Origin: a virus
Taxonomy: Duplodnaviria; Caudoviricetes
IMG/VR virus record: IMGVR_UViG_3300036987_000100
Span: 11,664-75,663 of that record
Reading direction: 5' to 3' (one strand)
DNA length: 64,000 nucleotides
Part shown: positions 46,577 to 55,268 of the stretch, piece by piece
Numbering within the stretch: position 1 is the first letter of the stretch
How the letters are laid out: the number at the start of each line of letters is the position of its first letter
The notes under the pieces: model-generated
Seen by the model: the letters and a program-made list of their open reading frames with translations, nothing else
The model's database searches: none
What the model was told of the DNA's origin: nothing
Program-made: the position numbers and the translations under genes

Positions 46577-49500
46577 TTATTGCCTCAGGACGATGACGTG
46601 TTTCGCCCACTGGAAGCGCCTGTCTCCGATGACCTGGTACGTCACAGGCCCCGCGTCGGCTGTCAACGTAACGGCGGCCCCGGTGTAGTGATTCTTGACT
46701 GCGATGACGTCTGAGGCGACGTAGAAATAGATTTCGTAGATGCCTACGTTAACGCCAGTGGTGATGTAGAGCAGTCGGCCCACGTCGTCTGGACTGAACT
46801 GCTCCCCCGCGAATATATCGGTGCCTCCGGGTACTGTTCCGTTAGTGCGTTGGTACCCTGGCCCGATGTCCTCGGAGAAGAAGGTGTAACAGCCCTTGTA
46901 GTCGTCGTAGCAGTCACCCGACTGTACCGGGATGGTGTTCTGCACGAGGCGAGCGGCCTTGCTGCCCTCCGTAGTCGCCGACGCGGTACGGAAGCCGGGG
47001 CGGCGGATAGTCCACGGCTGGCTAGAGAGCGCCCGTTCTCCGAGAGCTGCAAGGGTAAGCGTCTTACCGTCATTGCTGATGGCAGCGAGAGAGTACTCAG
47101 CGCCAGCCGTCTCGAAATAGATACGGTCTGGCGTTGTCCCGCCCACGTTGATTCCCTCGTGAACGTTAAATGAAATGCTGCTCTCCGTGGCACCCCACAC
47201 TACAGCCCCACCGCTCAACGTGACGAGCGTGAGCTGCGTCGCGGATGGACGAGAAGCTACGCGGTAAAGTTCCCCGCTGTGCGTGCCCGACAAGAAGCGG
47301 ACGACTCGGCCCACTACAGCACTCAGAGGGAACGCTGATGACGCAGAGTCCAGGGTGTTGACTCCCGAAGTAACCACGCCGTCGGTGCGCGTAACGCCCA
47401 GCTTGAACCCGAGGAAGGTGTTGCCACCAGCGAGCGTGACTTGGCCGGTATTCGCAGCGAGGACCGCGTTACCGTTGTACCCCGCTTCACCTACGCCCGT
47501 GCTCTTGGCTTGAATGAAGTCGATTCGTCCCATGTTGGATGCGAGGAAGTCCGCGTTGGTACGAGCTTCGTCCAAGATTTGGTAGTTGCTCAGCGCGAGG
47601 CGTTCTCCAGAAGGGCTGTAGAACTCCCACGTACACAGGTCGTGTACCCCAGGACCTCCTGCCCCAGCAAAACGGGGCTGGGCTGACCATTTCCAATAAC
47701 GACCAGTCCTGTCTCCGGCCGCGAGGTCCGTAAAATCAGCGTAGACTATGAAGTCTTGCTGGTTTGATCCATTGTCTCGCCCATTCGGCGTAACAAACGT
47801 CTTGTTGTCTTTTACGTCGGGAGGTTCGGCCTCCGTGTTGAAAGAGATTCGCTTTACCTTGGTCCACGTCGGGGCCACTACCGCGAAGCTCTGATTCGTT
47901 AGCGTTGTATTGGGCCCGGTACGAATTTGGACCGAAGTGGTAGAGAGCAGCCGCTCGACCGCTAGCTTGTGCGTCGGCGTTCCGAGGCTTGGGCTCGCCA
48001 ACATGTCGTCTTCTTGCACGCCGTCGCGCACTTCATAGGTCACGCCAGTGGCGCTAGCGGTCCATGCCTTAGCGGTCTGATCCAAGTTCCGAATCGTAAC
48101 TGATGCGCCTCCACCGGCTACAGACACGATGCGGTAGCTCCCGTTGTCTGAGCCCGCCCCGGCGGTGATTTTGAGAATCTTCCCCCGGTCCCCGGCTACG
48201 AATGTCCCGCCCGTAGCCGTGAACGTGGACGCTTCCGCTACAATCGCTCCGTCTGTGTTAGGTCCGGTTGTAATCGGGCCCAGGAAGTCTCCAGAACTCA
48301 ACGTCAACGTGGTCGCGTTTGTAGCCCCGTTTAGCGTCGAGGTCCCGCTGAAGCGCGTAGTCGAGGAGGCTACTGGCGCCGCACCTTCGGCCCTGTAGAT
48401 GTTCCCAATTAGCCCACTGTTCGTATTGGTCGCAGCGAGGTTCGCCGAGGCTGCGCCGCATCGAACTCGTAAAAGAATGTACCCAACCTCGACGTTGGTA
48501 CCGAAGTCAACCATCGTGGAGTAGCCCAGTACGCCGGTATTAGCGACGATCCCTGACCAAATGTTACTGTTACTAGGGGACGAGTTTATACTTGGGAACC
48601 CACCGGAGCCGTTCAACTGGTGTTGGATGCAAAAATCCATGAGCGTCCTGGCACCGCTTGTCTCAGCGCCGGGAAGAGCGCGGTGGTTGGACACGGCGGC
48701 TTCGTACTGAGGTGTAGCTCGTGCATACGCCTCGAAATACACCTTCGTCTCAGTGGCTCCCAGAACAGCGATTGGCGAAGGCACTGTGCACTTAACCGCC
48801 TCGTCCCATTCATAGAGCCGCGTCTTTAGTGTGTGCCCTTCGTACGACAGTCCCGTAATGTCCTGGGTATTGTCCTTGCCGAAACCGTCGGCGAGCATGA
48901 AGGTGTAGCTCTCAGGACCAGCGTTCGCCCCAATCGAACCCACCGACCAAACAGTATATGTAAGAGTGCCCGCCGTTGCACTAGCGGAGAAGGCCGCGTT
49001 GCTGACCCGCGTAAGAGTCACCTGAGTGGGACTGGTGTATGCTGAAACCTTGTAGATGCCCGCGTCAGCTCCGGATTCGATGCGGAGGTAGTTGCCAACA
49101 TCTCCGGCTACGAAACCAGAGCCGGTGAATGTTCCTACGCCGCTTGTGGTAGCTCCATCAGTGTTGGTCGCCCGAACCAGGCCCGCGCGCCCAAGGAACT
49201 CATTGTTCGGCGGTGTCGCCCCGCCTTGGCGAGTCCATTGGATTTTTGCCCCGAAGCAAAGCTCTTCGGCGGTAGAGTGGATGGGCCGTGCCTTTGCGTA
49301 GGGCGCGGTGGTGTCGCTGACACTCTTATTCGGCACGCCCCCGGGGGTCCACTCAAGAGGGACCCAACGGCTGTTGGCGTTGTCCCACTGGTAATCGACT
49401 TCGATTTTACCGATGATAAACTGTCGACTAGGCCACGTCGAGGCGCCAGATACCTGTGTGCGCGGGCCAATGACATAAATACACCCGTAAGGGTCTGTGA

Positions 49501-51889
49501 CGGCTGCGTGCGCGAATGTCCCGACAACAGATGCGAGGAAGCCTTTGGGCGCCCAAACATCAAGGTGCCTGGCGTACAACAGGAAGTCCGTATTCCCAGA
49601 TGATCCGCGTATCATTGAAATCATGCGCCCGTCCGGGGCCTCCAAGTACCACCGAACATTCATCGAGTTAGATACGTCCGCTCTGGCGCCCGCTGTGCGT
49701 AGAAACCCTGTCGGGTTTACGTATGTCGCGGTATCCGTGCCGTAATACCGCTTGTAGCTAGACCCCGTAAAGTCGCTACGGATCAGCTTGAAGTGCCCTG
49801 CGTCTGAGCCCACCCAGAGTTCATCGAACTTCGAGTTCGCGTGAATCGCATTGAGTACCGTAGGCGTGCCTGGATTGGACGGAGACCCGCCGGAAGGTGA
49901 TTGGATGTCCGCAATAGTCCGTCGCGAGTGTGCGTTTGTGGCTACGGTGTACTTATTGACTTGAATCTGCGTGTCATTCGAAATCCAGTAGAGGTTTCCG
50001 TCTGGATCAATCGTCGCATGCTGCGGTGAGCTGGTCGCCGTGGCAGGGCGAATGGTGCACTGAGCGCCGTTCGTCATCGAGACTGAGCGGGTATGGAAGG
50101 TCCCTTGCGCGAGAGACTCCATGTAGTTGATGACCCCCGCGCCAGTCGAAGCGTCGTTGAATAGGAGATAGATGCGATCTCCGATTTCAAACGTACCACC
50201 GCTCTGCGACGTAAAGGTTACACCCGCGCCAGCGAGCGTGGTCACTGTTACTTCCGTACCGCTTACCCGTGTAGCGATTTTGTACGTGCCGCTGTCAGCG
50301 CCAAGCCCGGTAAGCTTGATGGCGCGTCCGATGTCGGAGTCGGTGAACGCCCCGGAAGCCGACGTGACTTGATCCGCGCCGTTGGTAGACGCGTCCGAAG
50401 CGGTGCCAGTACGGTTTCTGGACTTGTCCACCACCGCAGCCGCGAGCTTCGACGCGGCGGGGAACCCGTCTACAGTAGTGAACTTAGCCGTAGTCAGATT
50501 CTCGTAAATGCAGAGCAAGCCTGTCCCGCCCCCAGAGGCATGCGAGATAGCGAAGTAGACGGTGCTATCTGTCCCGACGCCGCCGCCAAGCACACGATCT
50601 CCCGATGCAAGTGTCGGAGCCGGAGTGAGGAGGTTCCCGTGCAGCGCAGTGCCTAGGTAGTTGGCGATCTCGCGCGTTCCCTCCGCCGTCTTCCACCGCC
50701 AGTGCAACAGGGACGAGTTGTCCGATGCGTCGGTGCAAGCACCCCACAGGCGCTGATTCTTCCAGTCAAGGAGGAGCGCGCCGCATCCACCAGCCCAGAA
50801 CTGAACGTTAGACAATAATTCGGTCGAGGTGGCGGAGTTGTCGTTAAATCCAAGAGAGATAAAGTCTCCGTAGTCGTTGTCACTACCTTGAGCCCCATCT
50901 CCGTGGGTGAATTCCTTGAGGGTAAAATAGTAGCTTCCTTGCTGTTCCGTACCAGTAGCGGCTTCTGTCGACCCAGACTTATCTACACATACGCGCACGA
51001 TGAAGCTGCCGCGTAACGCTGGGTCTCCAAGCATGCCCGCCCCTCTAGGAGCGTAGCGACCTGACGTTGATACAGAGCCTACGGAGAGCGCGATGATACT
51101 TGTCTCGTTGAAGTACGCTCGCCGACCTGGGCCAGTAGTGACTAGCAGCCCGCTCGCCGTAGCAGCGGCAGAGAACATTGTCCCATCGAGATGCCGGAGA
51201 TAGAGCCGGTTATTTGAGTAGTTCTTGTGCTCGATGAAATAGACACCCGCGTCCGCTCCCGATTCGATACGTAGGTACCAAAACCCCATCGTTGAGGCGC
51301 CAGAAGTGTGGAAGTCCCAGAACTGGTTATCTGTGTAGGTTACGTAGCTAAGGCCGACGGACGTAGCTACCGTCTGTGCGTCACGATGCGCTGGGTGGGG
51401 GTAAACTTGATGCCCGATTTGGGTGTACTCCAGAGGAACGTCATTGAGGGCCAGGAGGTTGTTACCGCTAGCCAGTCCAAGATTAGCGGGTACCGCCAAT
51501 GATCGCGCATCGAATAGTCCGACGGCCCCGATGACTCTTGGGGTGGTCGCCGCCGCCACCGTACCGAGGGTCGCAGACTGACGAAGTCTGGCCCAATCAT
51601 CAGAGGCCAAGTTGCCGCCGCCAGTATGCGTGTTCGGGTATGTCGTGACGTACGCCGCGTCTACCCGGGCATGCGCAACATTTGGATCGTTGTCATCCAG
51701 CAGAAACGCGTTCTTCCACGGATAGATGTGGATCGTCTTATTGTACGTGGTGTTGTTGTTCCACTGGGCAATAGCGCGCAGCCGAGCAAGCTCCTTAAAA
51801 GAGATGTTCCCCGCCTGCACTTCGGTCTGAACCACGTCACCGGGCTGGGGCTCGATGGTGAGGAATCCGTGAATGTCGCGCTTAGCCAT
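46577..51889 (-). CDS. Very large tail fibre / receptor-binding protein
   Basis: 1770 aa, Gly/Thr/Ser-rich; repeated F...DVG...I..G...G.Y.I modules. Confidence 0.75.
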   Translation of the reverse strand: MAKRDIHGFLTIEPQPGDVVQTEVQAGNISFKELARLRAIAQWNNNTTYNKTIHIYPWKNAFLLDDNDPNVAHARVDAAYVTTYPNTHTGGGNLASDDWARLRQSATLGTVAAATTPRVIGAVGLFDARSLAVPANLGLASGNNLLALNDVPLEYTQIGHQVYPHPAHRDAQTVATSVGLSYVTYTDNQFWDFHTSGASTMGFWYLRIESGADAGVYFIEHKNYSNNRLYLRHLDGTMFSAAATASGLLVTTGPGRRAYFNETSIIALSVGSVSTSGRYAPRGAGMLGDPALRGSFIVRVCVDKSGSTEAATGTEQQGSYYFTLKEFTHGDGAQGSDNDYGDFISLGFNDNSATSTELLSNVQFWAGGCGALLLDWKNQRLWGACTDASDNSSLLHWRWKTAEGTREIANYLGTALHGNLLTPAPTLASGDRVLGGGVGTDSTVYFAISHASGGGTGLLCIYENLTTAKFTTVDGFPAASKLAAAVVDKSRNRTGTASDASTNGADQVTSASGAFTDSDIGRAIKLTGLGADSGTYKIATRVSGTEVTVTTLAGAGVTFTSQSGGTFEIGDRIYLLFNDASTGAGVINYMESLAQGTFHTRSVSMTNGAQCTIRPATATSSPQHATIDPDGNLYWISNDTQIQVNKYTVATNAHSRRTIADIQSPSGGSPSNPGTPTVLNAIHANSKFDELWVGSDAGHFKLIRSDFTGSSYKRYYGTDTATYVNPTGFLRTAGARADVSNSMNVRWYLEAPDGRMISMIRGSSGNTDFLLYARHLDVWAPKGFLASVVGTFAHAAVTDPYGCIYVIGPRTQVSGASTWPSRQFIIGKIEVDYQWDNANSRWVPLEWTPGGVPNKSVSDTTAPYAKARPIHSTAEELCFGAKIQWTRQGGATPPNNEFLGRAGLVRATNTDGATTSGVGTFTGSGFVAGDVGNYLRIESGADAGIYKVSAYTSPTQVTLTRVSNAAFSASATAGTLTYTVWSVGSIGANAGPESYTFMLADGFGKDNTQDITGLSYEGHTLKTRLYEWDEAVKCTVPSPIAVLGATETKVYFEAYARATPQYEAAVSNHRALPGAETSGARTLMDFCIQHQLNGSGGFPSINSSPSNSNIWSGIVANTGVLGYSTMVDFGTNVEVGYILLRVRCGAASANLAATNTNSGLIGNIYRAEGAAPVASSTTRFSGTSTLNGATNATTLTLSSGDFLGPITTGPNTDGAIVAEASTFTATGGTFVAGDRGKILKITAGAGSDNGSYRIVSVAGGGASVTIRNLDQTAKAWTASATGVTYEVRDGVQEDDMLASPSLGTPTHKLAVERLLSTTSVQIRTGPNTTLTNQSFAVVAPTWTKVKRISFNTEAEPPDVKDNKTFVTPNGRDNGSNQQDFIVYADFTDLAAGDRTGRYWKWSAQPRFAGAGGPGVHDLCTWEFYSPSGERLALSNYQILDEARTNADFLASNMGRIDFIQAKSTGVGEAGYNGNAVLAANTGQVTLAGGNTFLGFKLGVTRTDGVVTSGVNTLDSASSAFPLSAVVGRVVRFLSGTHSGELYRVASRPSATQLTLVTLSGGAVVWGATESSISFNVHEGINVGGTTPDRIYFETAGAEYSLAAISNDGKTLTLAALGERALSSQPWTIRRPGFRTASATTEGSKAARLVQNTIPVQSGDCYDDYKGCYTFFSEDIGPGYQRTNGTVPGGTDIFAGEQFSPDDVGRLLYITTGVNVGIYEIYFYVASDVIAVKNHYTGAAVTLTADAGPVTYQVIGDRRFQWAKHVIVLRQ

Positions 51890-51900
51890 TGGAGTCTTTC

Positions 51901-52431
51901 TTACAGTACCGGCGTGACGGAGATGCGGTAAACGACCTCAATGGTCTGCGTCGTAGCCTGTGTTCGAAACGGAGTTAGGAGGGAGTACGCCAGCATGTTC
52001 CACGGCCCAGAGTTTAAGTCCAACCCAATTTGGGAAACCGAGATGTACACTGAACCTAGTGTCCTTGGAGATGCAGGCGTCGTGAAGGTGGTGCTCATCT
52101 GTTTTGTATAGGTGGATGGCGTTACCACCCAGCTCACGTTGCCGCTCTGCCAAACTTGTGGGTAGTCCGTCGACATCCCCGAGCGAACGGCCAGCGGCTG
52201 TTCCTTAGACGGCGTAAACCCAATCCTAGCGTTACCGCCAAACCCGGTGAACGCAAAGTACTGGAGACCGTAGGTGGTCATGATGTTCTTCTGCGTGGCC
52301 TCCCACGCAACGTCTCCGGTGGTTACGTCACGACAGATGAGGTCAAACTCGCCCTGGAAGCTCAGGCCCTCGGCCGTACGGATACTCCGCTGACCGTTCC
52401 TATTGGTGACGTCGAAGAATGGATCTGTCAT
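51901..52431 (-). CDS. Tail fibre-associated (collar-like) protein
   Basis: G.F.L............KN..T..G N-terminus. Confidence 0.6.
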   Translation of the reverse strand: MTDPFFDVTNRNGQRSIRTAEGLSFQGEFDLICRDVTTGDVAWEATQKNIMTTYGLQYFAFTGFGGNARIGFTPSKEQPLAVRSGMSTDYPQVWQSGNVSWVVTPSTYTKQMSTTFTTPASPRTLGSVYISVSQIGLDLNSGPWNMLAYSLLTPFRTQATTQTIEVVYRISVTPVL

Positions 52432-54176
52432 AAGTTCACCGTTAGTCCGCTTTGCGTTATGGAGCCTACCTCACCGCCGCCACCATCGCTGATGTAGTTG
52501 GTGTCTGGATCTGCGGCACTCAGCTTAAGTGGGGCGCGATTGATGTACACAAAGTCCTCTTCGCGCGGGGCTCGATCCGCTCCGCCATCACTTATGGTTC
52601 CGTAGTCCCAGCCGTCTCCATCAGAGCCCATCCCCCAGTACTCATATCCGTAGGTGTCAAATCGATTCAGACGATCGACAAGCACGGTGGAGAAAACGCC
52701 AGAGGGGGCGCCGTTTCTGGTGATGGCCTCCATCACGTACCGACTGCCGTACGTCCGAGTCCCCAGTGCGTAGAACCAGACCGGGGCCAGCGTGTCACTC
52801 CGCTTGAGAGTGGCGTTCCCGAGGTACACCGCTGCGCCACCCGTCACGTCGTAAACACGCACCCCGGAGAAGCGATCCCGGTCGTAGCCGATGTGAATAC
52901 CGAAGCCACCATCGGGACGTACAATGAACGCCACGTTAACCGCATACAGTGAAATGACCTCGAAGCCGCCACCGCCGTCGTGAATAGCAGGAGTCGTCTC
53001 CTCCACCAGATTCAATTTGATGGGTGAGCGGTTGACGTAGACGAAGTCCTCTTCGCGCGGAACACGCTCCGCGCCGCCGTCGCTGATGCGCCCACCGTCC
53101 GCGAAGTCAACCAACTTCATCTGGTTGCCGACGTCCGCCGTAAGCGGCATGTTGATGGTGCCGGGCGCGTCGGTCGAGTTCGCCGTTAGCCGGTAGACGC
53201 GATTAGACGCGATAAAGAAGATGTACAGCGTGTCATTCGGAGCATCGTAGACTAGCTCCGGCGCGACGACATTAGAGGTGTTCTCGTTGCTAACCGTAGT
53301 GAGCCGTGTCTCTGGCCCGAAGAACCCAAACGGGCTCTCTTTGACGACGTAAAGCTCTCGGCTCCGGTTGATGCACCACCAACGCACGCCGTTGCCCATA
53401 TCCGACGCAGCCACGGACAGGACGTTGTCTGTTACGGTCAGTTTCGTCGTAGCGCTGCGGAGGGCGGCGCTGAAGTAGGCGGCGCGGAGGTACGCCTGCT
53501 CGGGGCGCGCTACATCGTGCACTGAAATCTCGTCCACCATGCCGTCCCAGTAGGCAGCATCCGACGCAGACAGCGCACGACCCACGCTGAAGACAGCACT
53601 GGCATTACCAACTGGAGGAGGAAGAGGCTGGGCAGTCGGGGTTCCCGCAACAGTAGCTGTTGCCGTCAGGAGCCGGTTGTCGAGGAGGATTTCAATGGTC
53701 TGGTCCCCGCCAGACGTTACACGTCGAACAGCTATTGAGTAGAACTGCCTGGTACGCACAACACCGTTCGGGCTCGAAACGACTACTTCCCCAGACGAGG
53801 ACGTGTGCCGGTACTGCACTGCTCCGAGGTTCGTGATGAACAGCGCGTAGTTTACGTCGTCACTTATGAGCGGCCCGTCGTTCGCAACGATGGCGCGAAG
53901 GAAAGAACCCGACGAGTTGTACTCGTCGAGGTAGACCCACGCCATGAAGGTCGAGTCCCCGGTGAGGCGGAGTCCGGCGTCTGTTCTGGATGCAAAGGAG
54001 CTGGTCCCGTTGAACTCTCTCGCGCCAGCGACGCGGCCTGAGCCAACACCGACAGCGGAAGTAACAGACAGCGGGCGCGAGAACAGGGAGCCGTCGATGG
54101 CGTCGTCCGTTACAGACGCCTCATCAAGGCCCCAGTAGCCGACAAGGTTCGCATCAGATGGGAGCCTCCTTGCCAT
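52428..54176 (-). CDS. LamG domain virion protein with internal duplication
   Basis: LVGYWGLDE...AREFNG...FMAWV...DGMVDEI.V; ISDGGA.R.PREEDFVY.NR.P.KL occurs twice. Confidence 0.8.
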   Translation of the reverse strand: MARRLPSDANLVGYWGLDEASVTDDAIDGSLFSRPLSVTSAVGVGSGRVAGAREFNGTSSFASRTDAGLRLTGDSTFMAWVYLDEYNSSGSFLRAIVANDGPLISDDVNYALFITNLGAVQYRHTSSSGEVVVSSPNGVVRTRQFYSIAVRRVTSGGDQTIEILLDNRLLTATATVAGTPTAQPLPPPVGNASAVFSVGRALSASDAAYWDGMVDEISVHDVARPEQAYLRAAYFSAALRSATTKLTVTDNVLSVAASDMGNGVRWWCINRSRELYVVKESPFGFFGPETRLTTVSNENTSNVVAPELVYDAPNDTLYIFFIASNRVYRLTANSTDAPGTINMPLTADVGNQMKLVDFADGGRISDGGAERVPREEDFVYVNRSPIKLNLVEETTPAIHDGGGGFEVISLYAVNVAFIVRPDGGFGIHIGYDRDRFSGVRVYDVTGGAAVYLGNATLKRSDTLAPVWFYALGTRTYGSRYVMEAITRNGAPSGVFSTVLVDRLNRFDTYGYEYWGMGSDGDGWDYGTISDGGADRAPREEDFVYINRAPLKLSAADPDTNYISDGGGGEVGSITQSGLTVNL

Positions 54177-54265
54177 CAATACACCCTACTCAAAGGTTAC
54201 ATAACCCGGGAATCCCAACTGAATCCCAAATTATTCCGCCGCAGAGTCTATCGTGTTTTCATGGC

Positions 54266-54295
54266 AGTGTCTGCACCTATTTGCGTGCAGACACT
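54266..54295. terminator. Perfect 11-bp hairpin between the accessory and virion modules
   Basis: AGTGTCTGCAC-N8-GTGCAGACACT; no U tract, so the function is uncertain. Confidence 0.4.
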
Positions 54296-54296
54296 A

Positions 54297-54935
54297 CTAG
54301 TAACGCGCGCTCATCTGTTCGCAAACCTCTGCGAGCGCATTCCCCAAAGTAATTACCTGTGCAGGTGAGCTGCCTTGGTATACTTCTGCAATTTCTCTGT
54401 AGTACCAGATGGTGCCATCGCGCTTGCCCCGGAACCGGTCCCAGACGGTCCGTACGAGCAGCATGCGCTCTTCGGGGGTCTCTCCCAGCCCAGCCTCGTC
54501 CCGGGCCTTCCTGAGGTCTTCCAAGAGCCCTCGGGCGTTGTGCAGCTTGTCGCAGGCGCTCAGGAGCAACACGTCCGGAGTGGAAGTGCGGAGCTTCTCG
54601 AAGTTCCTCATGCGGAAGGCTTTCAGCGTCTCTTGAAGGTCCTCGTTGGTCTTGAAGCTCTTCCAGTCAATAGGCGGATTTGTCACCGCCTGCACCAAAT
54701 CGAGCACCGTCTGGCCGAACCCCACGAGGATGGTGTCTGGCTGGATGCCGCAGTCCTCGATGGTGTCGTGCAGCAAAGCGGCGCAGACCACGTCCTCACC
54801 GCCCCCATGTTCCAGCACCAAGCTGGCTACCGCCATGGGATGCGCGATGTAGGGCGTCTTGGACCCCTTTCGCTTCTGATTCCGGTGTGCGTGTGCCGCA
54901 AAGTTGAAAGCCGCTACCATTTTGTCGCTGTACAC
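54297..54935 (-). CDS. HD-domain (p)ppGpp hydrolase (small alarmone hydrolase, Mesh1/SpoT-HD-like)
   Basis: AH.NQ.RKG..TPYIAHP..VA, LLHDTIED, V..VT, ACDKLHN motifs. Confidence 0.85.
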   Translation of the reverse strand: MYSDKMVAAFNFAAHAHRNQKRKGSKTPYIAHPMAVASLVLEHGGGEDVVCAALLHDTIEDCGIQPDTILVGFGQTVLDLVQAVTNPPIDWKSFKTNEDLQETLKAFRMRNFEKLRTSTPDVLLLSACDKLHNARGLLEDLRKARDEAGLGETPEERMLLVRTVWDRFRGKRDGTIWYYREIAEVYQGSSPAQVITLGNALAEVCEQMSARY

Positions 54936-54965
54936 GAAAAGCTCCCCTTCGGTCAGTTGAAGGGG

Positions 54966-54994
54966 AGCCTATCATGCTAGACTGCTGTTGTCAA
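54966..54994 (-). promoter_or_regulatory. Sigma70-like promoter TTGACA-N17-TAGGCT
   Basis: Upstream of the hydrolase gene. Confidence 0.7.
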
Positions 54995-54998
54995 GCCC

Positions 54999-55253
54999 TC
55001 ACCAGCGATGAGACTTCCTTTTGTTCACGGCGGCTTGGCGCTTACGTTCCGCTTCCCCGCGCTCTGCCAGGACCAAAAGACGATCAATCTTGGCCTCCAC
55101 AGGGCTTGGGGTGAAGGGAACTGCGGGCTGAGTGAATGTGAGTTGCCAGTTCGGTCGGCAACTTGAGCACTGGCACCCCCAAAAGCAGCCACAGTGTTGG
55201 CGTAGCGGGTACCAGACGGTCGGAATGATGTACGGAGGAAATTGGCAGCACAT
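54999..55253 (-). CDS. Small Cys-rich hypothetical protein
   Basis: 84 aa, AAGGAG RBS, ends RKSHRW. Confidence 0.6.
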   Translation of the reverse strand: MCCQFPPYIIPTVWYPLRQHCGCFWGCQCSSCRPNWQLTFTQPAVPFTPSPVEAKIDRLLVLAERGEAERKRQAAVNKRKSHRW

Positions 55254-55268
55254 TGTCGGGCTCCTTTC

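Noticed and set aside
52460-53130. DGR template/variable repeat pair
   Set aside because: Differences are mostly synonymous and not adenine-specific; no reverse transcriptase in the window
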